Positions 32,403-44,742 of a DNA stretch of 64,000 nucleotides are shown here, in pieces. The stretch comes from an uncultured Gammaproteobacteria bacterium (GTDB taxonomy: Bacteria; Pseudomonadota; Gammaproteobacteria; DRLM01), in assembly GCA_963729605.1 (NCBI GenBank), contig CAVSNY010000007.1:1184001-1248000 (forward strand). Direction: 5' to 3'. Each line of letters opens with the position of its first letter. Position 1 is the first letter of the stretch. The notes under the pieces are model-generated. The model had not been told where the DNA came from. It saw only the letters and a list, made by a program, of their open reading frames with translations, and searched no databases. Both the position numbers and the translations under genes were made by a program.

Positions 32403-32995
32403 CGGAATCTCCAGATACCAAAATGATGCGCGCCTGTCCGCTCAAGTCGCGGGCAGTATGTTAATCGGTCTTGGCCCCGGTGGCGAGCCCGCGGAGGAAT
32501 ATTTTGACCGGCGCGGGCCGCGGCGCAATCGGCGATAGGGCGCGGTCGCCCTAAATGCTTGGATTGTTGCGTCTTCCCATTCGCCGGGCCCTCCATGGAA
32601 GGGCAACGATAGAGTGACGGGACCGGTGCCGGCGTTCGGCGCGGCCTCGTCAGCGTGGGAGGCGGGCGCAACTCCCTCTTTGATTGGGGTGCGGAAAGGG
32701 ATGGAGGCCGTGATCGGTCCCACTTCCCCGGCCGCGCTCCCGCCAAGGAAGGGGAGGCCGCGCTGAAGATGGTCGGGCATTCGTTCGGTGCCGCGCGTTT
32801 GACCGGGACGCGCGTTTTCATCGGGGAGTGCATGGGGATGATGCCGGCCGGCGCCTCTTTTCCGCCTCCGGGGAAAGCGGTGATCGACCCACGGTATCGC
32901 CGCGAGTATTGCCAGTCACATCGCCTCCCCTTCCTCTCGAGGGGAACGCTGATTGACTCCTCCTCTCTTGCGGGGGAGAGAAGAGCGCGGATCGT

Positions 32996-35566
32996 TTATT
33001 TCCGCTGCGATAACGCCTTCAGCGCGTATAAAGTCTCCAGCGCCGCGCGTGGCGACAATTCGTCGGGTTGCAGCGCACGCAGCGCCTCCAGCGCGGGGTG
33101 GTCGTCGGTCGGCGCGAACAGCGCCATCTGCTGCGTGGGCGGCCGGTCGCGGCCGCGCGCCGCGTCTTGTTCGAGCTGCGCGAGCCGCCGCCGCGCCGCC
33201 GCGATCACGGCGGCCGGCACGCCCGCCAGCGCGGCGACGTGCAGGCCGTAGCTCTGATTGGCCGGGCCGTCCTTCACCGCGTGCATGAAGACGATGCGCT
33301 CGCCGTGCTCGATTGCGTCGAGATGGGCGTTGGCAACAAAGTCGAGTTGTTCGGGCAGGACGGTGAGTTCGAAATAATGGGTGGCGAACAAGGTGAAGGC
33401 GCGCACCTCGCGCGCGAGCTGTTCGGCGCAGGCCCAGGCCAGCGACAGGCCGTCGAAGGTGCTGGTGCCGCGGCCGATCTCGTCCATGATCACCAGGCTC
33501 TCGGGCGTCGCGTTGTGCAGGATGTTGGCGGTCTCGGTCATTTCGACCATGAAGGTCGAGCGGCCCGAGGCGAGGTCGTCGGCGGCGCCGATGCGCGTGA
33601 AGATGCGGTCGACGGGGCCGATCACCGCGCGCGCGGCCGGCACGTAGCAGCCGATGTGCGCGAGCAGCACGATCAGCGCGGTCTGGCGCATGAAGGTGGA
33701 TTTGCCGCCCATGTTGGGGCCGGTGATGATCAGCATGCGGCGCGCTTCATCGAGCACGCAATCGTTGGGCACGAAGGGCGTGTCGAGCGTCTGCTCGACG
33801 ACCGGGTGGCGACCGGCGCGGATCTCGATACCGCGCGCGTCGCTGAGTTCGGGCGCGTTGAGATCGAGCCGCAGCGCGCGTTCGGCGAAGTTGGCGAGCA
33901 CGTCGATCTCGGCGAGCGCCGCGGCGCTGGTTTGCAGCGCGGGCAGCGACGGTAATAGTTGTTCGAGCAATTCGTCGTAAAGTAATTTCTCGCGCGCCAG
34001 TGCGCGGTCGCGCGCGCTCAGCACTTTATCCTCGAACGACTTCAGCTCGGGCGTGATGTAGCGCTCCGCGCCTTTCAAGGTCTGGCGGCGGATGTAGTCG
34101 GCCGGCGCCTTTTCGGCCTGGCCGCGCGTGAGCTCGATGTAGAAGCCGTGGACGCGGTTGTAGTCGACCTTGAGATTGGCGATGCCGGTGCGGGCGCGTT
34201 CGCGGATTTCTAGATCAACCAGGAATTGCCCGGCGTTTTCGCTCAACTGGCGCAACTCGTCGAGTTCGGCGTCGTAGCCGGCGGCGATGACGCCGCCGTC
34301 GCGGATCACCATCGGCGGGTTGTCGATGATCGCGCGTTTCAGCAAGGCGTGCAGCGCGGGGAATTCGCCGATCTGGACGGCGAGTTCGGTGAGGCGCGGC
34401 GCGTCCACCCGGCCGAGGCGCGCGTGCAAATCCGGCAACACCGCGAGCGCGTCGGCGAGGCGCGTGAGATCACGCGGCCGCGCGCTCTTCAGCGCGACGC
34501 GGGCGAGGATGCGTTCGACGTCGCCGATGCGGCGCAGCAGCGCGGCGACTTCTTCGGCGTCCTGATTTTCGGCGAGTACGCCGATGCAGTGATAACGCTG
34601 GCGCAGCACCTCGCGGTCGCGCAGCGGCCGATTGAGCCAGCGCCGCAGCAAACGGCTGCCCATCGCGGTCGCGCAGCGGTCGATGCAGGCGAGCAGCGTG
34701 TTGTCGTTGCCGCCCGCGAGATTGGTTTCGAGCTCGAGATTGCGGCGCGTCGCGGCGTCGAGCAGCAGCGCCTCGTCGCGCCGTTCGACGGAGAGCCCGC
34801 CGATATGCGGCAGCGCGGCGCGCTGGGTGTCGCGCGCGTATTGCAGCAGACAACCGGCGGCGGCGATCGCGGCATCGAGTCCGTCGCAGCCGTAACCGCT
34901 CAAATCGCGCGTGCCGAATTGGCCGGTGAGCAGGCGCGTCGCGGCGTCGCGCTCGAAATACCACGGCGGTTGGCGGCGCAGGCCCCGGTGTTCGGCGAGC
35001 AGCTCGCCGAACGGGAAGGATTCGCTCACCAGCAGCTCGGCGGGCTTGAGGCGCGCGAGTTCGTCGGACACCGCCGTGGCGTGATCGAGCTCCATCACCG
35101 TGAAACGGCCGCTGCTGAGGTCGAGCCACGCCAAGCCGAATCGTTGGTCGTGGTGATGCAGCGCGGCGAGCAGATGGTCGCGGCGCTCGTCGAGCAGGGA
35201 TTCCTCGGTGAGCGTGCCGGGCGTGATGATGCGCACCACCTGCCGTTCGACCGGACCTTTGGATTTCGCCGGGTCGCCGATCTGTTCGCAAAGCGCCACC
35301 GACTCGCCGGCCTTCACCAACTTGGCGAGATAAGCTTCCACGGCGTGAAACGGCACGCCGGCCATCGGGATCGGTTCGCCCGCCGATTGCCCGCGCGCGG
35401 TGAGCGTGATGTCGAGCAGGGCGGCGGCGCGGCGGGCGTCGTCGAAGAATAATTCGTAGAAATCCCCCATGCGGTAGAACAGCAGCAACTGCGGGTTCTC
35501 CGCTTTGATGCGGAGATATTGTTGCATCATCGGGGTGTGTTGGTGAGCGGCGATTTCACTCGACAT
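32996..35566 (-). CDS. mutS: DNA mismatch repair protein MutS
   Basis: [40 protein letters not shown]. Confidence 0.99.
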   Translation of the reverse strand: MSSEIAAHQHTPMMQQYLRIKAENPQLLLFYRMGDFYELFFDDARRAAALLDITLTARGQSAGEPIPMAGVPFHAVEAYLAKLVKAGESVALCEQIGDPAKSKGPVERQVVRIITPGTLTEESLLDERRDHLLAALHHHDQRFGLAWLDLSSGRFTVMELDHATAVSDELARLKPAELLVSESFPFGELLAEHRGLRRQPPWYFERDAATRLLTGQFGTRDLSGYGCDGLDAAIAAAGCLLQYARDTQRAALPHIGGLSVERRDEALLLDAATRRNLELETNLAGGNDNTLLACIDRCATAMGSRLLRRWLNRPLRDREVLRQRYHCIGVLAENQDAEEVAALLRRIGDVERILARVALKSARPRDLTRLADALAVLPDLHARLGRVDAPRLTELAVQIGEFPALHALLKRAIIDNPPMVIRDGGVIAAGYDAELDELRQLSENAGQFLVDLEIRERARTGIANLKVDYNRVHGFYIELTRGQAEKAPADYIRRQTLKGAERYITPELKSFEDKVLSARDRALAREKLLYDELLEQLLPSLPALQTSAAALAEIDVLANFAERALRLDLNAPELSDARGIEIRAGRHPVVEQTLDTPFVPNDCVLDEARRMLIITGPNMGGKSTFMRQTALIVLLAHIGCYVPAARAVIGPVDRIFTRIGAADDLASGRSTFMVEMTETANILHNATPESLVIMDEIGRGTSTFDGLSLAWACAEQLAREVRAFTLFATHYFELTVLPEQLDFVANAHLDAIEHGERIVFMHAVKDGPANQSYGLHVAALAGVPAAVIAAARRRLAQLEQDAARGRDRPPTQQMALFAPTDDHPALEALRALQPDELSPRAALETLYALKALSQRK

Positions 35567-35706
35567 CGCGCCGGCCCGGGCTTGTTCTGGTTTGGTTTCT
35601 GGTTGCAATTTATTTTTACCTGTCGACCGCGGTTTTACTGTGGGTTGGGAAACCGGCACAGGCAATCGCAATAAAATTTAAAATGCCGGTTGTGACGCGG
35701 CGGTGC

Positions 35707-36036
35707 TTATTCAACCAGCTCGGCTGGGGTGGGCATGATTGCCGCCGGGCCGGCTTTGCATTTTATGACCATGCTTCTATTCATGGTCGCGCTGCCGAAC
35801 AATCCCGTTTGATCGCCGGGCGCGGATCCGGGATCGCCGGTCTTGCTCAGGACATCGTAGCCGCTTGTGCCGCAAAAACTGTCGGCCTTGGCGAAGCAGG
35901 TTCCCCAGGTCAGGCCCGTGCCCGAGCAGTCGATGGTTTTACCCGCCGTTTGTTCATCCAGGTTGAATGTTTCCCGGAGGGTGGTGCATCCCGCAAGCGT
36001 GGAAGTGAGGGCGATAAACATTAGGAGCCTATTCAT
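35707..36036 (-). CDS. Small lipoprotein of unknown function
   Basis: LAGC lipobox and four further Cys (IDCSG..WGTCFAKA..CG..GY...IKC). Confidence 0.75.
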   Translation of the reverse strand: MNRLLMFIALTSTLAGCTTLRETFNLDEQTAGKTIDCSGTGLTWGTCFAKADSFCGTSGYDVLSKTGDPGSAPGDQTGLFGSATMNRSMVIKCKAGPAAIMPTPAELVE

Positions 36037-36300
36037 CTTTTCACTCTCCGCCTCGCGCCGTTGATGGATGGCGTCAAGATATTACTTAATTCCCGCCCGG
36101 GAAAGAAGGCCAGCCCTTTCTTGATCGCGCCGGATCGAGTTCGGCCCTAGCCGCGGACGCCGCGACGGTAGCATAATGCGCCGCGGGGCCGCGCCTCAGG
36201 CCGCCGGGTCGCGACGGGTTCCCAACGATCCGAGACGGAAGGCGCCGCGCTGGCATAATATGACCGCCGCCCGCCGGCGGTTTATAACCGGAGAGATGAA

Positions 36301-36552
36301 ATGGGCTTCAGTATTGGGCATTTGTTAGTTGTATTGTTGGTCGTGTTGCTGGTGTTCGGCACCAAGAAACTCCGCTCCATCGGCGGCGATTTGGGCGGCG
36401 CGATAAAAGGTTTTCGTGATGCCATGAACGATGGCAAAGAGGCCGAGACCGTCGCGATGAAAAGTCCTGAGCGTATCGAACATCAATCCGCCCGCCACAC
36501 GGTGGATGCGGTCACCGCCAAAGAGCAAGGTATCAATAAAGGCGGAGTTTGA
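36301..36552 (+). CDS. tatA: Twin-arginine translocase TatA/TatE
   Basis: [22 protein letters not shown]. Confidence 0.95.
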   Translation: MGFSIGHLLVVLLVVLLVFGTKKLRSIGGDLGGAIKGFRDAMNDGKEAETVAMKSPERIEHQSARHTVDAVTAKEQGINKGGV

Positions 36553-36683
36553 TCTTTCTGTCGCGTCCGAGCGCGGCGCCGCTGTTCCGTGATTGGGCGA
36601 GCCGGTAATTCCGCTTCATCGTCTGAGGCGGAGGTATCCCGATATTCCGCGTCGGGTGGTGTGATCGGCGGCGTAATCGCGCT

Positions 36684-37502
36684 TCAAGTCTCAATCGGCG
36701 TGTCGGGGCTGTTGCCCCAGTCCGACCAGGAACCGGGATAACCCTTCACCCGCGGATAGCCCAAATACTTCAACACAAAATAAACCAAGGCCGAGCGGTG
36801 ATGGCTTTGGCAATAGGTGATGATTTGTTTGTCCGGAATGACGCCGGCGGCCTCGAAGAGCTGGCGCAGTTCATCTTCCGATTTGAGACGCATATTGCGG
36901 CGGTGGTCGAGGACGCGAGTCCATTCGATATTCACCGCGCCGGGGATGTGGCCGCCGCGGCGGGTGCGCAGGTCTTGGCCTTGATATTCGGCGGGACTGC
37001 GCGCATCGACGATGGCCACATCGGCCCGGCCGAGATGGCTGCGTACATAGTCTTGATCGGCGAGGGCCTGATCGTGCGGCTGTACGGTGTAATCGCCGGG
37101 GATGATCATCCGCGCTTGATTGGTAATGGGATGATCGCTGTTGAGCCAGGCCTGCAATCCGCCGTTGAGCAGTGAACCGGACGGATGGCCGGTGACTTCC
37201 AAGGTCCACAGAAAACGCGCGGCCTTGCCGCCGCCTTCTTCATCGTAGGCCACTACCCGGGTGTCGGGGCGGATGCCGAGGGCGGTGAACATGGCGGCCA
37301 GTTCGGCCGGCTCGGGCACCAAACCCACCACCGGCGGCCGGTTCTTGATGATGTGGCCGTAATCGAGATGCACGGCGCCGGGCACGTGATATTGCTGATG
37401 CACTTGGGCGTTGGACAAATCCACGATCAAGACCTGGTCGCTGCCGAGGTGCTGGCGCAAGTCGGCGGGTTCCACCAAGAGGGGCAGATGGGTATCGGAC
37501 AT
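36684..37502 (-). CDS. Tandem-domain rhodanese/sulfurtransferase (RhdA-like)
   Basis: HVPGAV, GHIPGAVN, active loop CQSHHRS, YPGSWSDW. Confidence 0.9.
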   Translation of the reverse strand: MSDTHLPLLVEPADLRQHLGSDQVLIVDLSNAQVHQQYHVPGAVHLDYGHIIKNRPPVVGLVPEPAELAAMFTALGIRPDTRVVAYDEEGGGKAARFLWTLEVTGHPSGSLLNGGLQAWLNSDHPITNQARMIIPGDYTVQPHDQALADQDYVRSHLGRADVAIVDARSPAEYQGQDLRTRRGGHIPGAVNIEWTRVLDHRRNMRLKSEDELRQLFEAAGVIPDKQIITYCQSHHRSALVYFVLKYLGYPRVKGYPGSWSDWGNSPDTPIET

Positions 37503-37504
37503 GC

Positions 37505-38404
37505 TCACTCCTTGCGGGGTCGCCGGGCGGCCCGGGGCCGTGCGCGCTGGGTTTGTTTGTCGAGGCTCATTGTAACGGACTTGAGCGGTGAGGGCGCCAT
37601 TTCCAGCTCCGCCTGCAGGGCCGGGCTGACGTAGGGCGCGAAGGCCTGCAACAGGGCGGCGTAGACCTTGGCGTTGCCGGTCACCAGGTTGCCGGTTTCA
37701 TAATATTGATCGCCGCCGCGGAAATCGCCGAGCATGCCGCCCGCCTCTTTGATGAGCAGGATGCCGGCGGCCATGTCCCAAGGTTGCAGGCCGATCTCCC
37801 AGAAACCGTCCAAACGGCCGGCCGCCACATAGGCCAGGTCGAGGGCCGCCGAACCGGCGCGGCGGATGCCGGCCGCTTGCGGCAACACGGCCTTGAACAT
37901 GCCGAGGTAGGCGTCGACGTGGGTCTGATCCTTGAACGGAAAGCCGGTGCCCAGCAGGCTGCCTTCGAGTCCGCGCGCCTTGCTGATGCGGATGCGGCGC
38001 CCTTCCAACTGCGCGCCGCCGCCGCGGATGGCGGTGAACAGTTCGGGGCGGACCGGGTCGTAGACCACCGCCACTTCGAAACGGCCCTTGTGGCGCAGGC
38101 CGATGGACACCGCGTATTGCGGAAAACCGTGGAGAAAATTGGTGGTGCCGTCGAGCGGATCGATGACCCAGGTATATTCGCTGTCGCCTTGTTCACCGCT
38201 TTCTTCCGCGAGGACGGCATGGTGCGGATAGGCCTTGCGGATGGTGTGAATGATCTCCTGCTCGGCGCGGTGATCGACCTCGCTGACGAAGTCGTTGTAG
38301 CTCTTGGTGTCCACTTGCAGGCTGTCGATGCGATCCATGGACCGGACGATGATGTTGCCGGCCTTGCGGGCGGCGGAGACGGCGATATTCAATAAGGGTT
38401 GCAT
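37505..38404 (-). CDS. suhB: Inositol monophosphatase SuhB
   Basis: WVIDPLDGTTNF, GSAALDL, WDMAAG. Divergent from trmJ. Confidence 0.96.
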   Translation of the reverse strand: MQPLLNIAVSAARKAGNIIVRSMDRIDSLQVDTKSYNDFVSEVDHRAEQEIIHTIRKAYPHHAVLAEESGEQGDSEYTWVIDPLDGTTNFLHGFPQYAVSIGLRHKGRFEVAVVYDPVRPELFTAIRGGGAQLEGRRIRISKARGLEGSLLGTGFPFKDQTHVDAYLGMFKAVLPQAAGIRRAGSAALDLAYVAAGRLDGFWEIGLQPWDMAAGILLIKEAGGMLGDFRGGDQYYETGNLVTGNAKVYAALLQAFAPYVSPALQAELEMAPSPLKSVTMSLDKQTQRARPRAARRPRKE

Positions 38405-38507
38405 GGCACAGCCTGGGTGTTAGAAATGAACGGGTGCGCAAAAACGCGTAGGATAGCAAACAACCCGCTCAGGCGGCAGGACAAATTGCGGCGGAAGTAT
38501 TGACTCG

Positions 38508-39284
38508 ATGTTGGAAAATATTCGTATCGTATTGGTGGGCACCACTCATCCGGGCAACATCGGCGGCGCGGCGCGGGCCATGAAAAACATGGGACTGAGT
38601 CGTCTGCTGCTGGTCGAACCCCTGCATTTTCCCAGCGCCGAGGCCACGGCGCGGGCCTCGGGCGCCGACGATATTCTGGCCGGCGCCGAATTACATACCA
38701 CCCTCGATGCCGCGCTGGCGGGGTGCGGCGTGGTGTTCGGCGCCACCGCCCGCGACCGCAGCATCCCCTGGCCGGCGGTGGATCCGCGCGAGGCCGCCGC
38801 CCGCGCCCTCACCGCGGCGGCCAAGGCGCCGGTGGCGGTGGTGTTCGGCCGCGAACATTCGGGCCTGAGCAACGAGGAGCTGGACCGCTGCAATTATCTG
38901 CTGCACATCCCCACCAACCCCGATTATTCATCCCTCAATCTGGCGGCGGCGGTGCAGGTGGTGGTCTATGAATTGCGCATGGCCGGCCGCCACGGCCCGG
39001 TGATGGCGCCGGACGCCACGCCGTTGGCCTCGGCCGAGGAACGCGAGCGGTTTTACACCCATCTTGAACAGGTGCTGACCGAACTGGAGTTTCTCGATCC
39101 GGTCAATCCCAAACACCTGATGCGGCGTCTGCGCCGCTTGTATAACCGGGCGGAGCCGGATCAGACCGAGATCAATATCCTCCGCGGCATACTCACCACC
39201 GTGCAGCGCCGGGTGTCGGCCGCGGGGACGGGCCGTCCGCCGCTGGCGAATTCCGTTAGAATGCGGGGCGGCGACGGGGAATGA
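38508..39284 (+). CDS. trmJ: tRNA 2'-O-methyltransferase TrmJ
   Basis: HPGNIGGAARAMKNMG, FGREHSGL, SLNLAAAV. Confidence 0.95.
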   Translation: MLENIRIVLVGTTHPGNIGGAARAMKNMGLSRLLLVEPLHFPSAEATARASGADDILAGAELHTTLDAALAGCGVVFGATARDRSIPWPAVDPREAAARALTAAAKAPVAVVFGREHSGLSNEELDRCNYLLHIPTNPDYSSLNLAAAVQVVVYELRMAGRHGPVMAPDATPLASAEERERFYTHLEQVLTELEFLDPVNPKHLMRRLRRLYNRAEPDQTEINILRGILTTVQRRVSAAGTGRPPLANSVRMRGGDGE

Positions 39285-39343
39285 AGCGCGCCGCTCCGGT
39301 TTTCCATCACTCCATGATTAAGCACCACCCAGTGGGATAGTAT

Positions 39344-40159
39344 ATGTTTCAACGTCTGCGTGAAGATATTGGTATCGTGTTCGACCGCGACCCGGCGGCC
39401 CGCACCTCGTTCGAGGTGCTGACCACTTATCCGGGTCTGCACGCCGTATTGATGTATCGACTGGCACATCGCCTCTGGAATATCGGCTTGAAATGGCCGG
39501 CGCGTTTCGTGTCGATGCTGGCCCGCTGGCTGACCGGCATCGAAATCCATCCCGCCGCCAAGATCGGCCGGCGTTTTTTCATCGACCACGGCATGGGCGT
39601 GGTGATCGGCGAGACCGCCGAGATCGGCGACGATTGCACGCTGTATCACGGCGTCACCTTGGGCGGCACGACCTGGAAGAAGGGCAAGCGCCATCCCACC
39701 CTGGGCAATGACGTGGTGGTGGGCGCGGGCGCCAAGGTGCTGGGGCCCATCCATCTCAGTGACGGCGCGCGGGTCGGTTCCAACGCGGTGGTGGTGAAAG
39801 ACGTGCCGGCCGGCGCCACCGTGGTCGGCATACCCGGCCGGGTGGTGCAGCGCGAGCCCGCCGAACTGGATCAGGCCGGCCAGCGGCGGCGCGCCTTCGC
39901 CAAGAAGATCGGCTTCGACGCCTACGGCACCACCCAGGACATGCCGGACCCGGTGGCCAATGCCCTGGACCGGGTTCTCGACCATGTCCACGCCATGGAT
40001 ATCAAGTTGGAACTCATGTGCGAGAGCATGAAAAAGGCCGGTTTGGAGTTCAAGGATCTGCCGTTGCCCGATCTGGGCCCTTGTGAAATCCGCGGGCCGC
40101 GGGCGGCGGAGGCCTCCGGCGAGGACCTTTCTCCGCAAGGTTCATCAGAAAAAAGTTGA
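39344..40159 (+). CDS. cysE: Serine O-acetyltransferase
   Basis: [30 protein letters not shown]. Confidence 0.97.
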   Translation: MFQRLREDIGIVFDRDPAARTSFEVLTTYPGLHAVLMYRLAHRLWNIGLKWPARFVSMLARWLTGIEIHPAAKIGRRFFIDHGMGVVIGETAEIGDDCTLYHGVTLGGTTWKKGKRHPTLGNDVVVGAGAKVLGPIHLSDGARVGSNAVVVKDVPAGATVVGIPGRVVQREPAELDQAGQRRRAFAKKIGFDAYGTTQDMPDPVANALDRVLDHVHAMDIKLELMCESMKKAGLEFKDLPLPDLGPCEIRGPRAAEASGEDLSPQGSSEKS

Positions 40160-40219
40160 CGGTCTCTCTCAAGTGCGATAAATCTGCATACTCAATATGG
40201 GAATACTTAGAGGTACACC

Positions 40220-40684
40220 ATGAGGCTCACGACGAAAGGGCGTTACGCCGTGACCGCGATGTTGGATTTGGCGGTGCATGCCAACGACAAACCGGTGCCA
40301 TTGGCGGATATTTCGCAGCGGCAGGGGATTTCGCTTTCTTACTTGGAGCAGCTTTTCGCCCGCTTGAGGCGGCAGGGCTTGGTGTTGAGCGCGCGTGGAC
40401 CCGGCGGCGGTTATCGCCTCAGCCGGCCGGCGAAGGAGATCGCCGTGGTGGACGTATTGAGCGCCATCGATGAAAAGATCGATACCACCCGTTGCGAAGG
40501 ACGGGGCGACTGTCAAAACGGCCAGGTCTGCCTGACCCACGATTTATGGTTCGATCTCAGCAATCAGATCCACGACTTTTTAAGTCGGATCAGCCTGGGC
40601 GAATTGGTGGAACGGCGCACGGTGAAAGAAGTGGTCGCCCGTCAAGATGCCCGTCTCATCGAACGGCCGGTCAGTCTGGTCTAA
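40220..40684 (+). CDS. iscR: Fe-S cluster regulator IscR
   Basis: [11 protein letters not shown], three Cys plus LTHDLW. Confidence 0.96.
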   Translation: MRLTTKGRYAVTAMLDLAVHANDKPVPLADISQRQGISLSYLEQLFARLRRQGLVLSARGPGGGYRLSRPAKEIAVVDVLSAIDEKIDTTRCEGRGDCQNGQVCLTHDLWFDLSNQIHDFLSRISLGELVERRTVKEVVARQDARLIERPVSLV

Positions 40685-40729
40685 GCTTTTCTTCGGACAG
40701 GCGGCAGCGATTGCCGCCTGTTTCTCCTG

Positions 40730-41878
40730 ATGTCTATTTATCTCGATCATAACGCCACCACCGCCGTCGACGAGCGGGTGCTGGAGGCCATGCGGCCTTA
40801 TTGGCGCCAGCACTACGGCAATCCTTCCAGCCTGCACCGGCCCGGCCGGCTGGCGCGCGCCGCGCTGGACCAGGCCCGCCAGCAGGTGGCGGCGCTGGTC
40901 AACGCCCATCCCTCGCAAGTGATCTTCACCGGCGGGGGCACCGAGGCCAACAACCTCGCCCTGAGCGGCGTGGCCGGCAATACGCCGCGCGGCCGTTTGG
41001 CGGTGAGCGCCGTCGAACACTCTTCGTTACTCGGACCGGCGCGGGCCTGGGCGGAACAAGGCTGGGGTCTGGACCTGATCCCGGTCGATGGCCTGGGGCG
41101 GGTCGCGCCGGACGCGCTGAAGGCGGTGTTGCGGCCGGATACGCGGCTGGTCTCCATCATGTGGGCCAATAATGAAACCGGCGTAGTGCAGGACATCACC
41201 GCCCTCAGCGGAATAGCGCGCGCGGCCGGGGCGGTGATGCACTGCGACGCGGTGCAGGCGGCGGGCAAACTGGCGGTGGATTTCGCCGCGAGCGGGGTTC
41301 AGTTGATGAGCCTGTCCGCGCACAAAATTTACGGACCCAAGGGCGTGGGTGCCTTGATCGTCGATAAGGCCTTGGACCTACGCCCCCTGTTGCTGGGCGG
41401 GGGCCACGAGCGGGGCTTGCGTGCCGGTACGGAAAATGTGGCGGGCATAGTCGGTTTCGGCGCCGCCGCCGAATTGGCCGCCGGGGAATGGATGGATCGC
41501 CGCCGACATCTATTAAAATTGCGCGACGATTTCGAGGCGCGTTTACAGGCGGAATTGCCCGAATTGGTGGTGGCGGCCCGCGAGGCCGAGCGCCTGCCCA
41601 ATACGGTGATGCTGGCGGTGCCGGGTATCGACGGCCCGAGCGTATTGATGAATCTGGATCAGGCCGGCATCGCGGTCTCCAGCGGCTCCGCCTGCCGGGC
41701 GGGCAGCACCGAACCCAGCCACGTATTGGTGGCCATGGGTTTTCCCCCGCACCTGGCCCGCAATGTGATCCGGGTGAGCTTCGGCATGGACAACACCCCC
41801 GCCGACGTGGACGCCCTCATCGCGGCGCTGCGCGCGCAATACGCCATGGTACGCAACGGCACCCTCACCGCGTGGTAA
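40730..41878 (+). CDS. iscS: Cysteine desulfurase (IscS/NifS group I)
   Basis: YLDHNATT, SAHKIYGPKG, SSGSAC. Confidence 0.9.
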   Translation: MSIYLDHNATTAVDERVLEAMRPYWRQHYGNPSSLHRPGRLARAALDQARQQVAALVNAHPSQVIFTGGGTEANNLALSGVAGNTPRGRLAVSAVEHSSLLGPARAWAEQGWGLDLIPVDGLGRVAPDALKAVLRPDTRLVSIMWANNETGVVQDITALSGIARAAGAVMHCDAVQAAGKLAVDFAASGVQLMSLSAHKIYGPKGVGALIVDKALDLRPLLLGGGHERGLRAGTENVAGIVGFGAAAELAAGEWMDRRRHLLKLRDDFEARLQAELPELVVAAREAERLPNTVMLAVPGIDGPSVLMNLDQAGIAVSSGSACRAGSTEPSHVLVAMGFPPHLARNVIRVSFGMDNTPADVDALIAALRAQYAMVRNGTLTAW

Positions 41879-41987
41879 AGTAAGGCCTTGAGTTAAAGGG
41901 CGCGCGGACCCGGATTGATCCGGAACTCTCGCCGGGCCGTTAACGTCATAGAACAGCAGCGATTTTTATCAATACGAGGTAGTACCC

Positions 41988-42311
41988 ATGGCGATAGCGA
42001 TGAGCAAGGCCGCCGCTGAGCATGTTAAAGCGACCCTGATTCGCCGCGGTAAAGGCGAGGGCTTGCGGGTCGGCGTGAAGAAATCCGGGTGCTCCGGCTA
42101 CGCCTACGTGCTGGATTATGCCGATACCATCGACCCCAGCGACGTCGTCTATGAGCAAGAAGGTGTCAAATTGATCGTGGCGGCCGACAGCGTGCCCTTT
42201 TTGGAAGGCACCGAGGTGGATTACGTCCGCGAAGGACTCAATTCCTTTTTCAAATTCCACAATCCCAACGTCAAAGACAGTTGCGGTTGTGGCGAGAGCT
42301 TTACCGTATAA
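41988..42311 (+). CDS. iscA: A-type Fe-S carrier IscA
   Basis: GCSG and CGCGESF. Confidence 0.93.
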   Translation: MAIAMSKAAAEHVKATLIRRGKGEGLRVGVKKSGCSGYAYVLDYADTIDPSDVVYEQEGVKLIVAADSVPFLEGTEVDYVREGLNSFFKFHNPNVKDSCGCGESFTV

Positions 42312-42444
42312 GCGCGATTTCCCGCGTTTTGCATTGCAGATGCAACGGTAAGACGTTAAACTAGCGCACCTTTTTTACTTCGTGGGCCTCGCCTTGCCGC
42401 GCGGCCCGTCCTTCCTTAATCCTTATTTTCGTGGAGTTTATGGC

Positions 42445-42876
42445 ATGGCCAGCGAGCGTACCTTGTCGATCATCAAACCTGATGGCGTTGCAAAAAACAT
42501 CATCGGTGAAATCTATCGTCGTTTTGAAAACGCCGGCCTCAGCGTCATCGCAGCGCGGATGATCCACTTGAGCACCGAACAGGCCCAGGCATTTTATGCC
42601 GTGCATAAAGAGCGGCCGTTTTACAACGACCTGGTCAAATTCATGACCTCCGGTCCAGTGATGGTGCAAGTGCTGGAAGGCGACAACGCCGTGATGTTGA
42701 ATCGCGAATTGATGGGCGCCACCAACCCGAAGAACGCCGCGCCCGGCACCATCCGCGCCGACTTCGCCGACAGCGTCGAAGAGAACGTGGTGCATGGTTC
42801 CGACGCCGCCGACACCGCGAAGCAAGAGATCGAGTTCTTCTTCAAGCCGGGCGAACTCTGCGCCCGCACGCGGTAA
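42445..42876 (+). CDS. ndk: Nucleoside diphosphate kinase
   Basis: IIKPDG, GTIRADF, NVVHGSD. Confidence 0.98.
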   Translation: MASERTLSIIKPDGVAKNIIGEIYRRFENAGLSVIAARMIHLSTEQAQAFYAVHKERPFYNDLVKFMTSGPVMVQVLEGDNAVMLNRELMGATNPKNAAPGTIRADFADSVEENVVHGSDAADTAKQEIEFFFKPGELCARTR

Positions 42877-42883
42877 CGACACT

Positions 42884-43986
<1,103 letters not shown>

Positions 43987-43990
<4 letters not shown>

Positions 43991-44742
43991 TGAGGAGGTG
44001 TTCGGCCGGGCTGCTCGGGATCGTGTTGGTGAGTGTCTTGGCCGCCTGCGCCGCGCCCGCTGAGAAAACCAACTCCCGCGCCGCCGCCGAGATCAACGCC
44101 GAACTCGGTCTGGCCTACATGCAGAAGGGCGATTACGAACACGCCCTCGAAAAACTCAAACACGCCTTGTCGTTCGATCCGCAGTCGGCCAGCGCCAACC
44201 ATTACATCGCCGAGGTCTACCAGCAAATCGGCGACATCAAAAGCGCCGAGTCCCATTATCGCAAGGCCTTGACGGTCACCCCCGCGGACCCGATGTTGCT
44301 CAATAATTTCGGGGTGTTCCTGTGCCGGCAAAAACGCCTGGACGAGGCGCAAACCCTATTCATGACCGCCGCTAAACAGCCTTTCTACAAAACCCCGGAA
44401 GTGGCTTACAGCAACGCCGCGTTGTGCGCGCTGGAGCAACCCGACGAAGCCAAGGCCGAGCAATATTTGCGCGCGGCGTTACAATTGAATCCCAGCCTGC
44501 CGGCGGCGCTCTATGAAATGGCCGCGTTGAAATTCAGACAGCAGGAATATTTGAGCGCGCGGGCCTTTCTGCAACGTTATTTCACCGCCGAGCGCGCCTC
44601 GCCGCAAAGTTTGTGGCTGGGGGTGCGTGTCGAAAAACAATTAGGGGACGAGGCCAGTGCCGCCAAATACGCGATGCAATTGAAACGGGATTTCCCGCTC
44701 GCGGCGGAGACGGAGTTATTACAAGGGCAAACAGGGCGATGA
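43987..44742 (+). CDS. pilW: Type IV pilus pilotin PilW/PilF (TPR lipoprotein)
   Basis: LAAC lipobox, TPRs, NNFGVFLC, synteny. Confidence 0.92.

Noticed and set aside
36251-36265. sigma54 promoter before tatA (TGGCAT)
   Set aside because: No GC at the -12 position. CATAAT is more likely a sigma70 -10 element.
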